A stretch of DNA of 64,000 nucleotides from Tubulanus polymorphus (lineage: Eukaryota > Animalia > Nemertea), in NCBI RefSeq assembly GCF_964204645.1, contig NC_134026.1:14356150-14420149 (forward strand). The letters are read 5' to 3'. Position numbers and translations under genes: made by a program. This document shows, piece after piece, positions 36,901 through 50,574 of the stretch; position 1 is the stretch's first letter, and each line of letters begins with the position of its first letter. Below the pieces are notes generated by a model that was given only the letters and a program-made list of their open reading frames with translations, was not told where the DNA came from and ran no database searches.

Positions 36901-37871
36901 GTTTATAATGAGTTAATCTACAAATATTATAAGTTGCAGGATGTAAACAACTTATTATAGCCCATAGAAAACATTTATCATCTTCATTTTGTACATTTAT
37001 TACAGCATTAGTTTTAAATGGTAGTTTAGTATAACTCGATGTTTTAATATATGGTTCTTTATAATACCATACATTATTTTCATCAATTGGTTTTGATTTA
37101 GTTAACTTATTATATTTTGTGTTATAAACATATAAAGTCATAAATATTATTTCATCAAATATTAAACCCAGATCCTTCAGTTTTTACTTCATTATAACAT
37201 TTATCTAATTTATCATCTATATGTTGTTTAGATATAATATGTTGTGAATGAGAATTTATATTATATATTGGTTTATCTTCAGATTTTATAAACTTTACTT
37301 TAACTGATATACTAATTTTAGGATATTCAACATCAGTAATTATTTTTATTATTTCTTTCATATTTTCTAAATGTTTTTTATTTTCTTCTAATGTTTTTCC
37401 TTTATGAAATTTAAACTCGATAGCTGCTGGGCCAATATCACTTTTAAATGCTTCGGTTATCTCTATATCTTTTTTATCATCCAATAAATTAATATATTTT
37501 CTTACATCTTCCATGTATGGTCTTTTATTGTTTAATTTATTTTTTATGCTTTTAATTGTCTTCTGTTTCTTATCATTATCTTTATCAAAATAATCTTCAC
37601 CTAAAATATCATTATTCTTATTTCTAATATGACTTTTAGATTTTAAATGTTCATTATAATATCTTTTATCACTGAATGATTGATTACATGTATCACATTT
37701 GTATGTTTCTTTTTCATTCTTTAATTCATCTAATTTAGTTTCTAATATATCATCTTTATATTCTTGTTTCAATTTATTCTCTAAATGTGTTTTAGTTTTA
37801 TTGTGTCTTGCTTTTTGGGATTTATCTATATTGATATTACATGTTGGACAGTAGTACTTATTTGCTTCCAT
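33934..37871 (-). pseudogene. Protein-primed family B DNA polymerase, intein-free allele, many frameshifts
   Basis: N-terminal zinc fingers, vOTU-like DDKCFLW..HY, EndoVII-like CCYC..RDHDH..AHENCN, FYNLSGYD, FIDSYRF, YLKSDV, YIDANNLYG, MNNAFYGK, YFDTDS and KMYSY. Confidence 0.95.
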
Positions 37872-38572
37872 TTTAATATCAATTTTTTTTTAAATTGATT
37901 TAGAAGTTCAATGATTTATATCATGTATTATTTCAATCACACTTTACTAACACTTTTAATGTTTAAATATAGCTGCAAAGCAGCGATGACGGGTTTTCTG
38001 TAAAGCCATTCAGAATGATGGGAATTGTAGTAAATTGAAATATCGATACATAGAATAAAATGCATTGACAGATTCGAACCTAATATGCAACCACTGTGTA
38101 AACGTCAAATATGATTCAGCTTTGAAACTGAACATACGCGGACGTACAATCACAAATATTAATATATTTGACCAGGCATTTATTTTGGCATTCAAACGTC
38201 ATGATACTGTATTATCAGCATCTTTAAAAATGGATCTGTCCTATTAAGAACTCATCTTAAGCACATGCTGAGCCGATAGATTGGTTGAATTCACAGATAA
38301 GAACGTATTATGATTTAGAATAGGTTTAAGAAGTTAATGTTTTTATTGAAATATTTGAATAAATACATATATTGTAGTGTAGATTCAATCAATAAATTAT
38401 GAATTGATTTGGTCTGGGTTTCCGGCTGATGTTGATTTTGGCTTTTATGGATTACAAATTCTATAGTGATAAACAATTGATACCTGCAACATGTGTGTAA
38501 TTCAAACCTATTCCACAAGTTGCGTGTGTTTCCTAATAAACGGTAGAGTCACTCTTGATCTTGAGTTATTAG

Positions 38573-39128
38573 AACTAGGGGTCCAGGGACACCATGCCCA
38601 CTTGGGAAGTGGTTCCAAATGCTCAACAATCTAACAATTCAGGTATCAAAGGTATAAAACATCCCTTTTCAAAGAATACCCATCACAAACTGCAATGAGA
38701 AATGGCCAACTCAGAATTCGGGCCAAAATTGACATTTTTTGACACTAAAAAAGGTCATAGGACGGCCATCTTGAGTCCGTATCCCAATTTTTGTTATGCT
38801 GATGGGCCCAGGGGGCATTCACATATATCCGAAAGATCAAAGTAATTGATCAAAGCATCTTCAAAATTTCCCTCAAAAAGTTCAAAAATGTGTAAAAAGT
38901 GTTGATTTTGGCGAATAACACTGGCTGCCAGTCGGCCATCTTGATTCTGACAGCCAGTTTTTGGGCTGAAGATGTGTCTAGGATAGATACATGTGTAACC
39001 CAAATATCAAGACATTACATTGAAGCGTCTTCAAAACTTCCTAAAATAACTGATTTCTGATGACGGATGGACGACGGACGAAAAGTGAACGCAATAGCCC
39101 GCTGGGACTAAAGTCCCAAGCGGGCTAA
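38573..39128 (-). mobile_element. Small HINE/DINE-1-like element nested in HINE copy 2
   Basis: Absent from copy 1, which reads AGAAAAATAATG at the site. Carries the hairpin TAGCCCGCTGGGACT-aa-AGTCCCAAGCGGGCTA, a GACG microsatellite and a CTAGTT end. Confidence 0.75.
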
Positions 39129-40677
39129 AAATAATGTTCATTTCGTTATAGAAATTCATTTTTGGAGTTTCTGTAATAATATTTGTTCTGCCCTAATTTT
39201 TATTACTGTATGAACCAATGATATGCTTTGTAAATATGATGTTATAAAATAAATTTGAATTAAATTTGAACATGAGAATCAAGCATAACTTGTGTTTTTT
39301 CAACTTGTCTTACTTGTCTTTTGTTAACAGTTCCAGAGTTTCAATTACAATCAAATCCAAATTGGCTAAAAAGTACATAGGACTAAATGAAATGAACCGT
39401 TAGTTACTGCAAACCTATTCCAGTGTTGTCGATCGTGTTGAATCACATTCCTTGAGTTAAAAGAATCAGATCTTCTATGGTACAACATCGGTCGAAGAGA
39501 GATATCTTGGTGTTGACGGTCCTTGACCATCTAACTTCATGCGTTTGACATTGGAATCAGCATCATACCCATTTGAACTGCAAAATATTCATACAACATG
39601 AAAACCTACAGTACATGTATACTTTCACCGATGTTGGATATTTGAATGAACATTAGGTTTATTTCAGTATTCTAAAGCAGGAAATAATAAGCCCAATCAA
39701 ATAGGCCCTATTCCCATTGGAACAATTGTATAATGCGTACAGCTGTACCGTACACTTATCAGTCAAGAATGGAGAAATCGGTATACTAAACCTACGAACA
39801 GCAAAATGTACAGGCCTACAATGATTTCTGGTATACAAGCCGTGACCACATTGACTATTAATGTCAGCAGGTCAGAGAAGGCCTGGCCAAATTTAATCAC
39901 ATGGCTCAAATCAATTAGCCTTTCTGCGTGTGAATACTTCACTGTATTGTGGGATCATTCATTTATTACGTACGGATTAGGGGAGGGGGATGGGTCAGGG
40001 CAATTACGTACTGTAATGCTAAATATACATGAAAAAATGGCAGATTTTGCGTACAGAGGGAGAGGGGGTTGAAATAATCAAATTTTATGCGTACGTAATA
40101 AATGAATATTCCTGTTTTAAAAATAGGCCTATCGAGTGAATTAGTACATAGACTGAATTAGACTTTAGATTAGTCCTGGCCAAATCCTATCCATGTTATA
40201 ATTGCACCAGTTATAGTAACATCATTGTAGGAGGATGACCGCCGACGAGAGGGAAAAAGTTGTGTTTGTAGTACATAGACATGGTAGGCTTGTCGTACTC
40301 ACTTAATACCCGGTACTTAAAACGCTGTTGTTACCTGTACGTGACTGTACGGTGATAGGTTAGCCGTATGTGAGTATGTTGACGCTTAGACTTGCAATAT
40401 CAATGGGATTCGAAACCAAACGAAAAAAAATGCAGTTGCAGTCCAGTGATTTACCCACTGTGCCACAGAACGTAACTGCAGGGTGGATGAAATTTGATTT
40501 ACAAATAGCCTAGCCTCACCTAACCCAAACTCTATTCTTTCACGCATGCACGTTTGCAGATTATAGGAACTCACTTACGGCTTTTTATGGAACTCACGTA
40601 CGGTTAACCTGTGGATATCACCGTACAGTCACTGGCACGTACGGGTAACAACTTCGTACTTAAAAAATGGTAATTGG

Positions 40678-40894
40678 CGGTAAAAGTGCAGATCCGCACC
40701 TCTCGTGATTGACGCAATCTGCTGAATGACAGAATCCTGGCTAAAATCTTTCTACTCTCTCTAGTGAAGATATCTTAAAATTAACCAATGGCAACGTACT
40801 GAATTGCTGAAGACATTTTGAATCTGAAACAATGATATTTAACGTAATTGATTGAACCGTTTACGCGGAGAGGTGCGGAGCTGCACTTTTACCG
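40678..40894. mobile_element. MITE (217 bp) with ~26-bp TIRs
   Basis: CGGTAAAAGTGCAGATCCGCACCTC / GAGGTGCGGAGCTGCACTTTTACCG, flanked by AATTGG and TATTGG. Absent from copy 1. Confidence 0.85.
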
Positions 40895-41840
40895 TATTGG
40901 CTACTAGAGGAACTCACATACGGCGTTAGTAGGGAACTCACGTACGGTTAACCTGTGGAGATCACCATACAGTCACGTACGAGTAACAACTACGTACTTA
41001 CTGGTATTGGCTACTATATAATAGGCCTATAGTCAAATAAATACCCGTACTGCGGTAGGCTTTCTTAGCTTCCACACTTCACAACCGAACCAACTGATCA
41101 ACCAGTATATGAGTATATTTATTCCCAGTACGCACCAACCGGCACAGGCCTAACTGTTTGTCAACTGTGTGTACCGTAGTAGGCTATCGATAATCACCTG
41201 ATACTTTTCTGTCGTTTGTTTTCTCTCTCTCTCTCTCTCTGAGACGAACGTAATTCAAGCAGCCCTCCGCGACTCAACGACCTTGATTTAAACTTGATCA
41301 ATTCAAAATCTGTTTATTGACGCTTTTGGTTACATGAACTGATCAGCAATATACTTAAATGAAATAACCGGAATTACAAGAAATCAAAAATATTAAAGTG
41401 GTAACAAACAAATGCCCGTAAACCTGTCAGACACGCGAACGCCGGACTCGTAAACTCTTGGACTCGGACCCGCTGAGCAATAAATTCATAAAATTGACTT
41501 TGAAATTGATTGTGGAGAAGAGAGGGAATAATTCGATAGCTCTTCCTCATAAAGAAGAGAGAAATTTCGGAAAGAAAACACAACATGGCTACTAATTGAA
41601 CGGGGCCAAATTTCCGATGTTTACGGCTCGACAGTGCCTTTATAACGTGGATTTATCAAAATTCCCATGCAGTATCTGGAGATTGAAGTGACCTGAAGGA
41701 TATCATACGGATTGTATCGGCGACAGCGGTAAGGTAAGGAAGCCTTTACACTTTTAACAAAAACTATGTGGAAAAGGGAAAAAAAATAATAATCACGCGA
41801 ATTTCAATAGGGTTTTCTGTGAAGCAACAGAAAACCCTAA

Positions 41841-42164
41841 AAATCTAACTCATACAAATATAAATATTGAAATAATGTTGTAAATATATCTATATATCTA
41901 TTCTATAAGAGCTTGCACTTTTATATTGAATAATCTGTCAATCTAAATGTTATTCATTTACATGAATATTTTAAGAGTAATAGGGATAATAGGCTTTCAG
42001 ATTAAAGGTTGAAGGGGCGAGTGAGTAAAAAATGAAAATAACAATAATTTACAGTTGAATTAGGAGTGCGCGCGACTAATTCAACTGTAAATTATTGTTA
42101 TTTTCATTTTTTTACGAGCTCGACCCTTCGACCTTTGATCTGAAAGCCTATTATCCCTATTACT
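41841..42164 (-). repeat. Outer part of right TIR of B; hairpin at 41976-42164
   Basis: Reverse complement of 24007 to ~24330. Confidence 0.95.
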
Positions 42165-43372
42165 GGCCTACAACCAATCTGTCCGGATTTTAGGCCTACG
42201 CATACATAGGCCAACACAGACTAGTAGCCTCTATGAGGTTAAAGCTAAGTTCACTGTAAAGGAGGAATCAGATTTATTAAAATGCATGATAATTAGTGAT
42301 TAACTGGTACTGACTTGCAGTGATCAATCACAATTATCAATTTTACTGGCAAAAATGAAGATTTAAAAAAAAAAAATTTGTCTGAGCAGACAGCTTTATA
42401 AGCCAGACTTTTCCTTTGAATTTTTTCATCATTGATGAAACTGGTATTTCATGTCACTGCGACCGCAAGTGACGATTGCGTCGCAATGACTCATCGGCCA
42501 ATGTTCCTTGCGACAGGTTGCAACTGTCAGCGACGCCAGTCACAAGGAGTCGCACATGTTCTACTTTCTGTGATGCGACGCAACACGACCGTGGCAAGTG
42601 ACCTACGCGCTCTTGGGATGGCAGAAACTAGTCGCACACAGTCACCGAAAATCGTGTCGCAACCGACTTGGGCCCACACTTGCGACGTAATGCGACGCCT
42701 ACATCAATTTTACGAATTGAATACCCCAGAAACCTATCTTTGTTGAATAAGGTGTATGCGATGTTTAGGAGGGTTGAAATTCAATAGGCCTCCGACCAAT
42801 TCGTCCGGATTTTAGGCCTACGCATATACATAGGCCTACATAGGCTAGTAGCCTCTACGAGGTAAAAGCTAAGTTCACTGTAAAGGAGGAATCGGGTTTA
42901 TTAAAATGCATGTTAATTAGTGATTTACTGGTTCTGACTTGCAATGATCAATCACAATTATCAATATAATTGGCAAAAATGAAGGTTTTTTTTTAAATTC
43001 CTTCTGAGCTGACAGCTTTATAAGCCAGACTTTTCATTTGAGTTCATTTCATTTTTTCATTTCTCATCATTTTTCAGACTTTTCATTTTTCATCATTAAT
43101 GAAACTAAAATTTCATATCATTGCGACGCCATTCACTGCGACCGCCAGTGACGATTGCGTCACAACGACTCATCGACCTACGCTCCATTGGGACTGCCAG
43201 CGACAGGTTGCGACTCTCAGGGACGCCAGTCACAAGGAGTCACAGTCGCACATGTTCTTGTTCTACCTTCTGCGACGCGACACGGCCGTGGCAAGCAACC
43301 TACACACTCTTGCAACTGGCAGAAACAAGCCGCACACAGTAGCTGACAATCATGTCGCAACCGACTTACGCC
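42165..43372. repeat. Two tandem copies of a ~600-bp host repeat, the target of B; inverted copy at ~12830-13475
   Basis: 42165-42710 resembles 42787-43370. 42722-42792 matches the left flank of B (~23940-24006). Confidence 0.8.
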
Positions 43373-43374
43373 CA

Positions 43375-43693
43375 CTAATAAATTAGTTGTGTTGTTGCTA
43401 ATAAATTAGTTGTGTTGTTGCAACTAGAATTTAACTAGAATGTAACTAGAATTCAACTAGATTAACAAGCTAGTTGAAATATTGTTGTTTTTATTTATTT
43501 CTTGTTAAATTTAGTTGATTTTTGTTCCAACTACTAACAACTAGAATTCAACTAGAATGTAACTAAAAATACACTAGATTAACAAGCTAGTTAAAATATT
43601 GTGGAATTTTATTTGATTTTTGTTTCAACTACTAATAACTAGAATTCAACTCGAATGTTACTAGAATTCAACTAGATTAACAAGCTAGTTGAA
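43375..43693. repeat. CTAG-rich satellite-like repeat truncating element C
   Basis: ACTAGAATTCAACTAGATTAACAAGCTAGTT units. Confidence 0.75.
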
Positions 43694-43694
43694 T

Positions 43695-44303
43695 TTAAAT
43701 AAATTCATATTTAAATGGGTGTTGTAATCTAAATAGTAATTTTGATCTTTTATTATTTTTCAATTTATCCATATATTCATTATGTAAATCATGTGGAATA
43801 ATATCATTTTCCTCAAGTGCATTTTTCATCGATTTTCTATCTTTATTGTAGAATAAAACTAGAAATCTAATGTTTTCTCTAAAGTCTTTAACAATTGAAT
43901 TATATTTTTGATTTAAAACCCAAGTTGTTATCCCAAAATGTCTACCAGAAAAAGCTAAATAACATAACTCACTCTCTCTAATTTTTGAATCATGTAAATT
44001 TGCCCAATCATCTATGATAAATAAAGTATTTGATCCTTTATGAATATCAATTGCTATTTTTATACAATTATCTAAATTTTCTTTTACTGTTTTAGGATCT
44101 AATATAATAAATTTATTATTTCTAGTAATATTTCTATCATAAGTTTGATTAAATTCATATGTTGGACAAAATAATACTATATTATCAAAATAGTTTTCAT
44201 AAATAGTTTCTAATAAATTTAATATAAAATAAGTTTTTCCACAATTTGTTACGCCAGAAATTAACATATTATGAGGCTCAAATATAAATAATTCCTTATT
44301 CAT
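43695..44303 (-). CDS. A32-like packaging ATPase, open ORF
   Basis: GVTNCGKT, FIIDD and SGRHFG. Confidence 0.93.
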   Translation of the reverse strand: MNKELFIFEPHNMLISGVTNCGKTYFILNLLETIYENYFDNIVLFCPTYEFNQTYDRNITRNNKFIILDPKTVKENLDNCIKIAIDIHKGSNTLFIIDDWANLHDSKIRESELCYLAFSGRHFGITTWVLNQKYNSIVKDFRENIRFLVLFYNKDRKSMKNALEENDIIPHDLHNEYMDKLKNNKRSKLLFRLQHPFKYEFI

Positions 44304-45433
44304 TTATATATTTTTAATTTTACTTGATAATATCCAGTCATTGAATTTATCTGGCGATCCAACCCATTTTACTAAAGAATATTTTTTTCTTTTAATAGTT
44401 TTTGTTTTTAATACTTTTTCAATTTTATATTCTTGTTCTAGATTTTCAGTAGTTAAACTCAATTCTTCTTCATAAAAATACCCATCAACTTCTTCACCAT
44501 CTAAATCTTCTAATTTATAGACATATGGTTTTGTTGTAATTACCTTTTTTATTTTATATATTTCCCTAGTAAAATTTCGATCGTATCCTTTGTCAAATAT
44601 CTTTTTATCCTTAGAAATTCAAACATTTTGACCAACTTTAAATTTAGGTTCACCAAAATCATCTACAAAAAATGCTCCATATAAATTATTCCAAACAATT
44701 TTAGCATTTTCAGGTTTTCTAGCATCAATAGGTTTCATTCCAATAGAAGAATGATAAGAATTATTATATCCTTCAATCAATTTTGGTAAAACATCAATCC
44801 ATTTAAAAGTATTATTTGCTGTAAAATATTTCCACATTCTTGTTCTTAATGTTCTATTAAATCGTTCAACAACTGCTGCTTTTTTATCCGATTTTGTTGA
44901 AAAATATTTAATATTATGATTATCTAAGAGTTCATGAACAAGTGAATTATCAAACTCTTTTCCATCATCAAATTGTATTTTTTCTGGTTTTAGTTTATCA
45001 TCCGAAAGAAATTTTCTTTAAACATTTGATGTTTGTACAGCATCTTTTCTATAAAGTGGGAAGCTCCATACATAACGACTAAAAATATCAATTATATTCA
45101 ATAACCACCAATAATCATCATTATCTTTCTTAACATTTTTCATATCAATTAAATCTCCTTGCCACTGTTGATCTACATAACTTACCATAGTTTTACGAGT
45201 TTTATATTTTCTAACAATTTTTTTATGTGTTGTGTATGTTGGTTGTTCTAACATAAATTCATTTATATCTTTATATTTAACTAAATTTTGTGGGATTATC
45301 TTATCTAATTTATCTTGTTTTACTTGACGCCATATATTTTTAGTAGAAGAATATAAGCAACCGAACTCTCAGGGTTGTAATATAAATTTCTTAAATATTG
45401 TTCTTTAGTATTAGGAGTTTTTTTACCACCCAT
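44304..45433 (-). pseudogene. RVE integrase with chromodomain, disrupted
   Basis: WQGDLIDM, IDIFSRY, QFDDGKEF, VERFNRTL and YKIEKVLK..VKWVG..DW. Confidence 0.92.
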
Positions 45434-45463
45434 TTATATATCCTTAATTTTAACTTTATATTT

Positions 45464-46673
45464 CTAATATTGAATACTATCTAATTGTGAATTTACAATA
45501 TTTAATTGTGCGTCAGATATAATATAAATGTGCATTTTAAAATTTAAGCTTCCTTTTTTCTTTTTTATAAATAATTGTATTCCATCTTTAGTGTTCTGTA
45601 GTTTTTTCCCAGAACCATGTAATGAATTATCCTCTGTTGTTCTAAAATCTAACCATAATGCATATGTATTGCCGGTATAATAATCAATTTGATTAATATA
45701 ACAATTTTCAAATGATTTTACTTTTTCATTCATAAAATGTTTTCTAATTTCTGGCCATTGATCTACCATTCTCATTCCTTGACAAAATATTTTATTTGCT
45801 ATTCCTTCGATAGTTATTTCTACTTTTGTTATTTCAGGATTATAATAATTATCTACCTTTATTGCACCATTAGAATATGTTGCAATGGTAAAAAATATTA
45901 ATATACCTTTAATAGATCTTCTTGGGAAGTTAATATTCTCATTAATTATTTCATCATTTGCATTAATAGTTACAGTTTTAAATGTATCAATATAATCATA
46001 TAATAATGAAAATCCTTGATTGTATTGAGTTTGAATTGTGCTAGCAATATTTTCATTAGTTACTGTGTCATATTCTAAACATATATTTGATAATTTATAA
46101 CCCATATCTTTAACAACGCTAGATAATACAATTTTCTTGAATTACATATTTCTATAAAGGTGCATTATTATTTATCAATTCAAAGTCTAATGGAATTTTA
46201 TATTTGCTTTCATAAATCTTTTTTATCAAATTATCTACAGCATTAGTTACTACTGCATTATTGGCTTCAGATCTTAATTTATTATGGTTTTCCGATTGAA
46301 TACCCTGAAATATCATATTATTTCTATTTTTTTTAGTTAACCATAAATCTTTATAATGCATAAGTAATTTATAATCATCTAATGAGAAAACTGTTTCTGG
46401 ACCAATCTTTATTGTTAATTTTTTAATCAAATATCTTCCAACATTATCAACAACATAATTATTATTATTACCGGTTACTTTTATATCGGCTGATAAATAA
46501 ATACTATTTGGAACATAAAAAGTATTTTGTGTTAATCGAGGAATTCTAACACATAAAGTTTCATCGGGATTAATATTTGAAGGATTATGAGTAGTTATAT
46601 GATGTGATCTTTCTGCTTTAATAGCATTAGATATTCTAGAAATCTTAGAAGGACTTATATAACTCCCACTCAT
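45464..46673 (-). pseudogene. Putative major capsid protein (double jelly-roll), split into two ORFs
   Basis: About 400 codons, beta-rich, with 'VDNVGRYLIKKLTIKIG', 'YKIPLDF', 'YKLSNICLEYD' and 'NINFPRRSIKGILIFF'. Size, context and pattern fit a Polinton MCP. Confidence 0.75.
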
Positions 46674-46715
46674 TTATTTAACAAAAAAATTAATTATTTA
46701 TTTTTGATATCATGT

Positions 46716-48107
46716 TTACTTGATATTTTTTGATATCATATTTACTAACCCAAAAATAATAGCACTTACAACTGTAAATAAAAATAGAATAATATGTTCA
46801 GCAGCAAAGTTAAGAATATTCCCAGCAGATTTCAATATAAAACCAACAATTGATGCAATAATTCCTGGTAAAGCTGCAGCAGATTTTTTAGATAGTTCCC
46901 ATAAATATTTTGCTAATTTTTTCAAACCATCTTTAACTTTATCTTGTATAGAATTATTATCATTCGGGGGTTTATCCGGTTTATTTGGAGTAGGAGTAGA
47001 TTTTAAAGCATTTGATATTGCTAAACCAATTGTTGTAAATAACATAGTTACAGCTGTTAGAATTGAAAGAATTGTTATTCCTTCTAATTTAAATAATAAC
47101 TTTATTCTATCTTTCAATGATATTTCAGAATTTGGTTTTATCAATAAATCTTTAAAAATAACTTTTAATCTATTAATATTATAATCATATGATTTTAAAA
47201 ATAATTTAATTTCTTCTTTTTGTAATTCTGTGTTATATTCTAAATCATCTTTTTCTTTTTCTAAACGTAATTCTTTTTGCCTATATTCTATTTCATCAAT
47301 TACTTGATGATCTTATCAGACTTTAATTGTTCTATTTCTTTATTTTTATCAGTTAATTCTTTTTCTTAAGTTCTAATTTTAAAATCTCTTATACTTTTAT
47401 CATGCGCAATTTTATCAGATGCAAGTCTTATACGTTTAATTTCTCTAATTGCTTCAACAGAAAATATACTATTTAAATCTTCTATTTGTTGATCTGTTGC
47501 ATCAATTAATCCATTCGTTAAAAGTTTTTCAATTGGAAGTTGTTTCTGTTTCTGATTTCTTTTTGATTATTTCAAATAATTCATTAATTATTTAAATACG
47601 TCTATATTATCATCTCTTTCTTTTTGTGTAACATCAGTTATTTCATTACTATTACTTATTCTCTTAATTCTAAATGTTTCTAAATTTTTTAAAGTTGATT
47701 CCGCTAATATTTTTTTTAGTTTTGTCCTTTGATTAGTGATATCAATATAATAATCACCTTTCAAACGAAAAATAACATTTACCATTATCTAAAAATTTTT
47801 ATTTATATGCTAAAGGTCCAACGTTTTCATCATTTATGTTAAATTCAGAATTTTCAATTATATGTTTTAATTTAGGTACTTTGTTTAAATTATCTAAATC
47901 TTGTTTTACTAAATCTGGGTCTAAATTTTCAGGATTTCATCGTGATTCTGCATTTCTAATATAATCAGGCATATTTAAATTATTATTATATTCTGGCTCA
48001 TTACCATCATTAAAACTTGTTTCACTAAAATCAGGTTGTTGTTCATCAGTTTTACCAGGTTCATCTAAAGGATCCATTCCAATATCTTCTCCGCCTTCTA
48101 CATCCAT
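46716..48107 (-). pseudogene. Coiled-coil protein with multi-hydrophobic/amphipathic C-terminus (candidate membrane-active virion protein)
   Basis: TAAATG start at 48107. Fragments at 47588-47785 and 46716-47144 (ITILSILTAV..., LPGIIASIVGFIL...). Confidence 0.65.
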
Positions 48108-48123
48108 TTATATAATAAAAAAA

Positions 48124-49435
48124 TTAAAATTTAAAATATAATATTCCTCCTATAACAATTCCTATACAAGTTAAAGCTAATTTAGTATTTTCATGGAATT
48201 TATTATCATTATCAGTTTTAATTATATTATGTTGAATATCATCAGTTTTTATATTTTCTGATGTATTGTAATCTTTTATTTTAGAATCATTATGCAATTT
48301 AATATTTTTAGTTTTAGTTTCTGTTGATTGAATATGTTTTTTATTTTTTTCACCTTCCATTAATTTTGGAGCAGTAATAATCTTTTTATTTATATCATTT
48401 AATCCAATTGAATTATTTATTGTTGCAGTTTCAATTAGATTATTATAACCAATTATATTTCCCATCTTTAATACTAAATCATTAGAAATAATTAATAGAT
48501 TAGGGCCTATACAATAATTTAGTCTTACATGAGATTTATCTAAATAATTTTGATATCTTACAATGTTTTCTGGAATTGATCTATTTTTATCATTATGAAT
48601 GGAATCTTCAAATAATACTTTAGATTGTTTCTGCGCATCAAATGAAGTACTATTATTTCCAACTATTGGTGATCTTGTTTCAACTTGCGCACCTAAAATA
48701 CATATCAAATAAGTTCTAATTGATTGATTTATTCTTTGTATACCAGGTTTTGTAAATCCTTCACTATAAGATTCAATAAAATTAATCCATCCATTATTAT
48801 TATCAATTCTATAATTATGATAAGCTCCAATTCTATGCATATAATCAATTCTTTTTATTTCATACTGTTCACCAACGCCATGTAATCTACCATGCGTTCT
48901 AAAATCGGAATTAATATTTATATTAAATTCTTTACATATTTTATAAAACTTAGATAGATTAATATTATTATCCAATTCTTTAAAATATTTCGATCCAGGT
49001 AAAGGGCATTCTAATTCATTTAATATTATTGTGATTTGAAAATATATGTGAAATCTAAATATTGTATGAATGAATTTTAAATCAGAATATTTCAAATTTT
49101 TATCTAAGTTATTCAAGTGTTCATGCCAACTTACACCACAACCAGTTGTTGCACAATGAACAGCAAAATTTAATTGATGCTGCCAATATTTCATATTAGA
49201 TTTTACTTTATATATATTATATTCATCTCGAGTAAAAGTAACTTCATATGTATTAAATATATTTTTCCATTTTAGAAATAAAATAGTTTGTTTCAGTAAC
49301 ATAAATTTCTAAATTAATCAATGAAGGTAAAACTAAATTTTTAAATATTATCATGTTACTAAAATCTATTGCTGGAATATTATATTTATAATATTCATTT
49401 GATTTATTATATTGGAAAGATTTTGGAAACCCCAT
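48124..49435 (-). pseudogene. Conserved Maverick protein with C-terminal TM anchor (frameshift near 5' end)
   Basis: WQHQLNFAVHCATTGCG, FRFHIYFQ, GFTKPGIQRINQSIRTY and a terminal TM segment. Confidence 0.75.
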
Positions 49436-49451
49436 TTATATAACTAAAAAA

Positions 49452-49886
49452 TTAATAATCTATTAATTCTTTTAATAATTTATCTTGTTCTTCAACTATT
49501 ATATGACCATTTAAACTTATTATATAATCTAGTGTGTTCTTCAATTTATTAATTTCTTTTATATTAGTTTTAATTTTTTCTTTATTACTTTTTATATTCA
49601 ATTTTGAACTTATACCAGTTAAAACAGTTGAAATTAATCCTAATACACCAATTGATATAGCTAAAGGTGTTAATGGACTGAATATTGCTAGAAATGTTAT
49701 TACAGAACTAATTGTAACCGAACCACTTATAATCAAATAATATATAATTTTACTTTTTAAATATTTTTTCCTTTTAGCTTTTAAATCATTTTCAAATTCC
49801 AATATTTGTTTTTCTAAATATATTTTTAATTTAGTTTTATTTATATCATGAGGAATAGTATCAATACTATCAACTTTATCTTCCAT
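49452..49886 (-). CDS. Two-TM protein with coiled-coil tail
   Basis: Two adjacent hydrophobic helices. TAAATG start. Confidence 0.75.
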   Translation of the reverse strand: MEDKVDSIDTIPHDINKTKLKIYLEKQILEFENDLKAKRKKYLKSKIIYYLIISGSVTISSVITFLAIFSPLTPLAISIGVLGLISTVLTGISSKLNIKSNKEKIKTNIKEINKLKNTLDYIISLNGHIIVEEQDKLLKELIDY

Positions 49887-49907
49887 TTATTTAGAAAAAA
49901 AATTAAT

Positions 49908-50328
49908 AATTAGTAAATTTATATGCTACAAATATAACAACAACTGTTCCACCTAAAATCCATATTATTTCATATTTCTGTTGTTCTTTACTCGGGGTAT
50001 ACTAATCTGATAATTTAGGTTTGTATAGATGTAATTTTTCTTTATTGGTTACTGCGTTATATAAACTCATTGCATCATCAACTGATTGAAAATCTCTTTG
50101 TGAAATCTTCTGATCATATAATTCCTTGTTAATATAATCCATATAGTTTTGTCGTTTTTCTCTATATTCTTCTGCTGCTTTATTGTATTTCTCTAATGCT
50201 AAGTTATGTCTTTTTTGTTCTGTTAATGATCCATTTTTATCAATATGTTTGAATAAATAACCGCCACCAGTAAATGCTAAAGCGTTAACAATTGCCGATC
50301 CTATAATAGTTATAACTGCAGAAGCCAT
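49908..50328 (-). pseudogene. Homolog of 31814-32233 (premature stop)
   Basis: Near-identical protein to 31814-32233. Confidence 0.8.
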
Positions 50329-50352
50329 TTATTTATTGAAATAATTACGCAT

Positions 50353-50574
50353 TTATATGGGAGGAATATATTTTTGTTTTTCCAAATAATCAATAGTTAA
50401 ATTAGATAAAGTAACTGCTAATGTTGATTTTAAAATATCATTTATTTCAAATCTATCAACATTAACACTTCCCATTTTGAATAGTTTTTTTAATACCATT
50501 GAATAACCAACAGTTCCAACTGATAGTAATGCGCCATTATATAATCCAGTTATTATCCACTTATTATCACTCAT
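50353..50574 (-). CDS. Small hydrophobic protein
   Basis: 73 aa, conserved with B. Confidence 0.7.
   Translation of the reverse strand: MSDNKWIITGLYNGALLSVGTVGYSMVLKKLFKMGSVNVDRFEINDILKSTLAVTLSNLTIDYLEKQKYIPPI

Larger units (their letters stand above)
37968..41840 (-). mobile_element. Helentron-type HINE copy 2, inserted inside the right TIR of B
   Basis: Splits the TIR sequence GTTTAAAAATCTAAC. Has both diagnostic ends and is colinear with 1204-4809. Confidence 0.85.
24007..42164. mobile_element. Maverick/Polinton element B, both TIRs and TSD present, internally deleted (no MCP)
   Basis: AGTAAT...ATTACT termini and ~400-bp TIRs. Flanks are GGCCTC (24001-24006) and GGCCTA (42165-42170). 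Contains integrase, ATPase, penton-like and pPolB genes. Confidence 0.95.
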
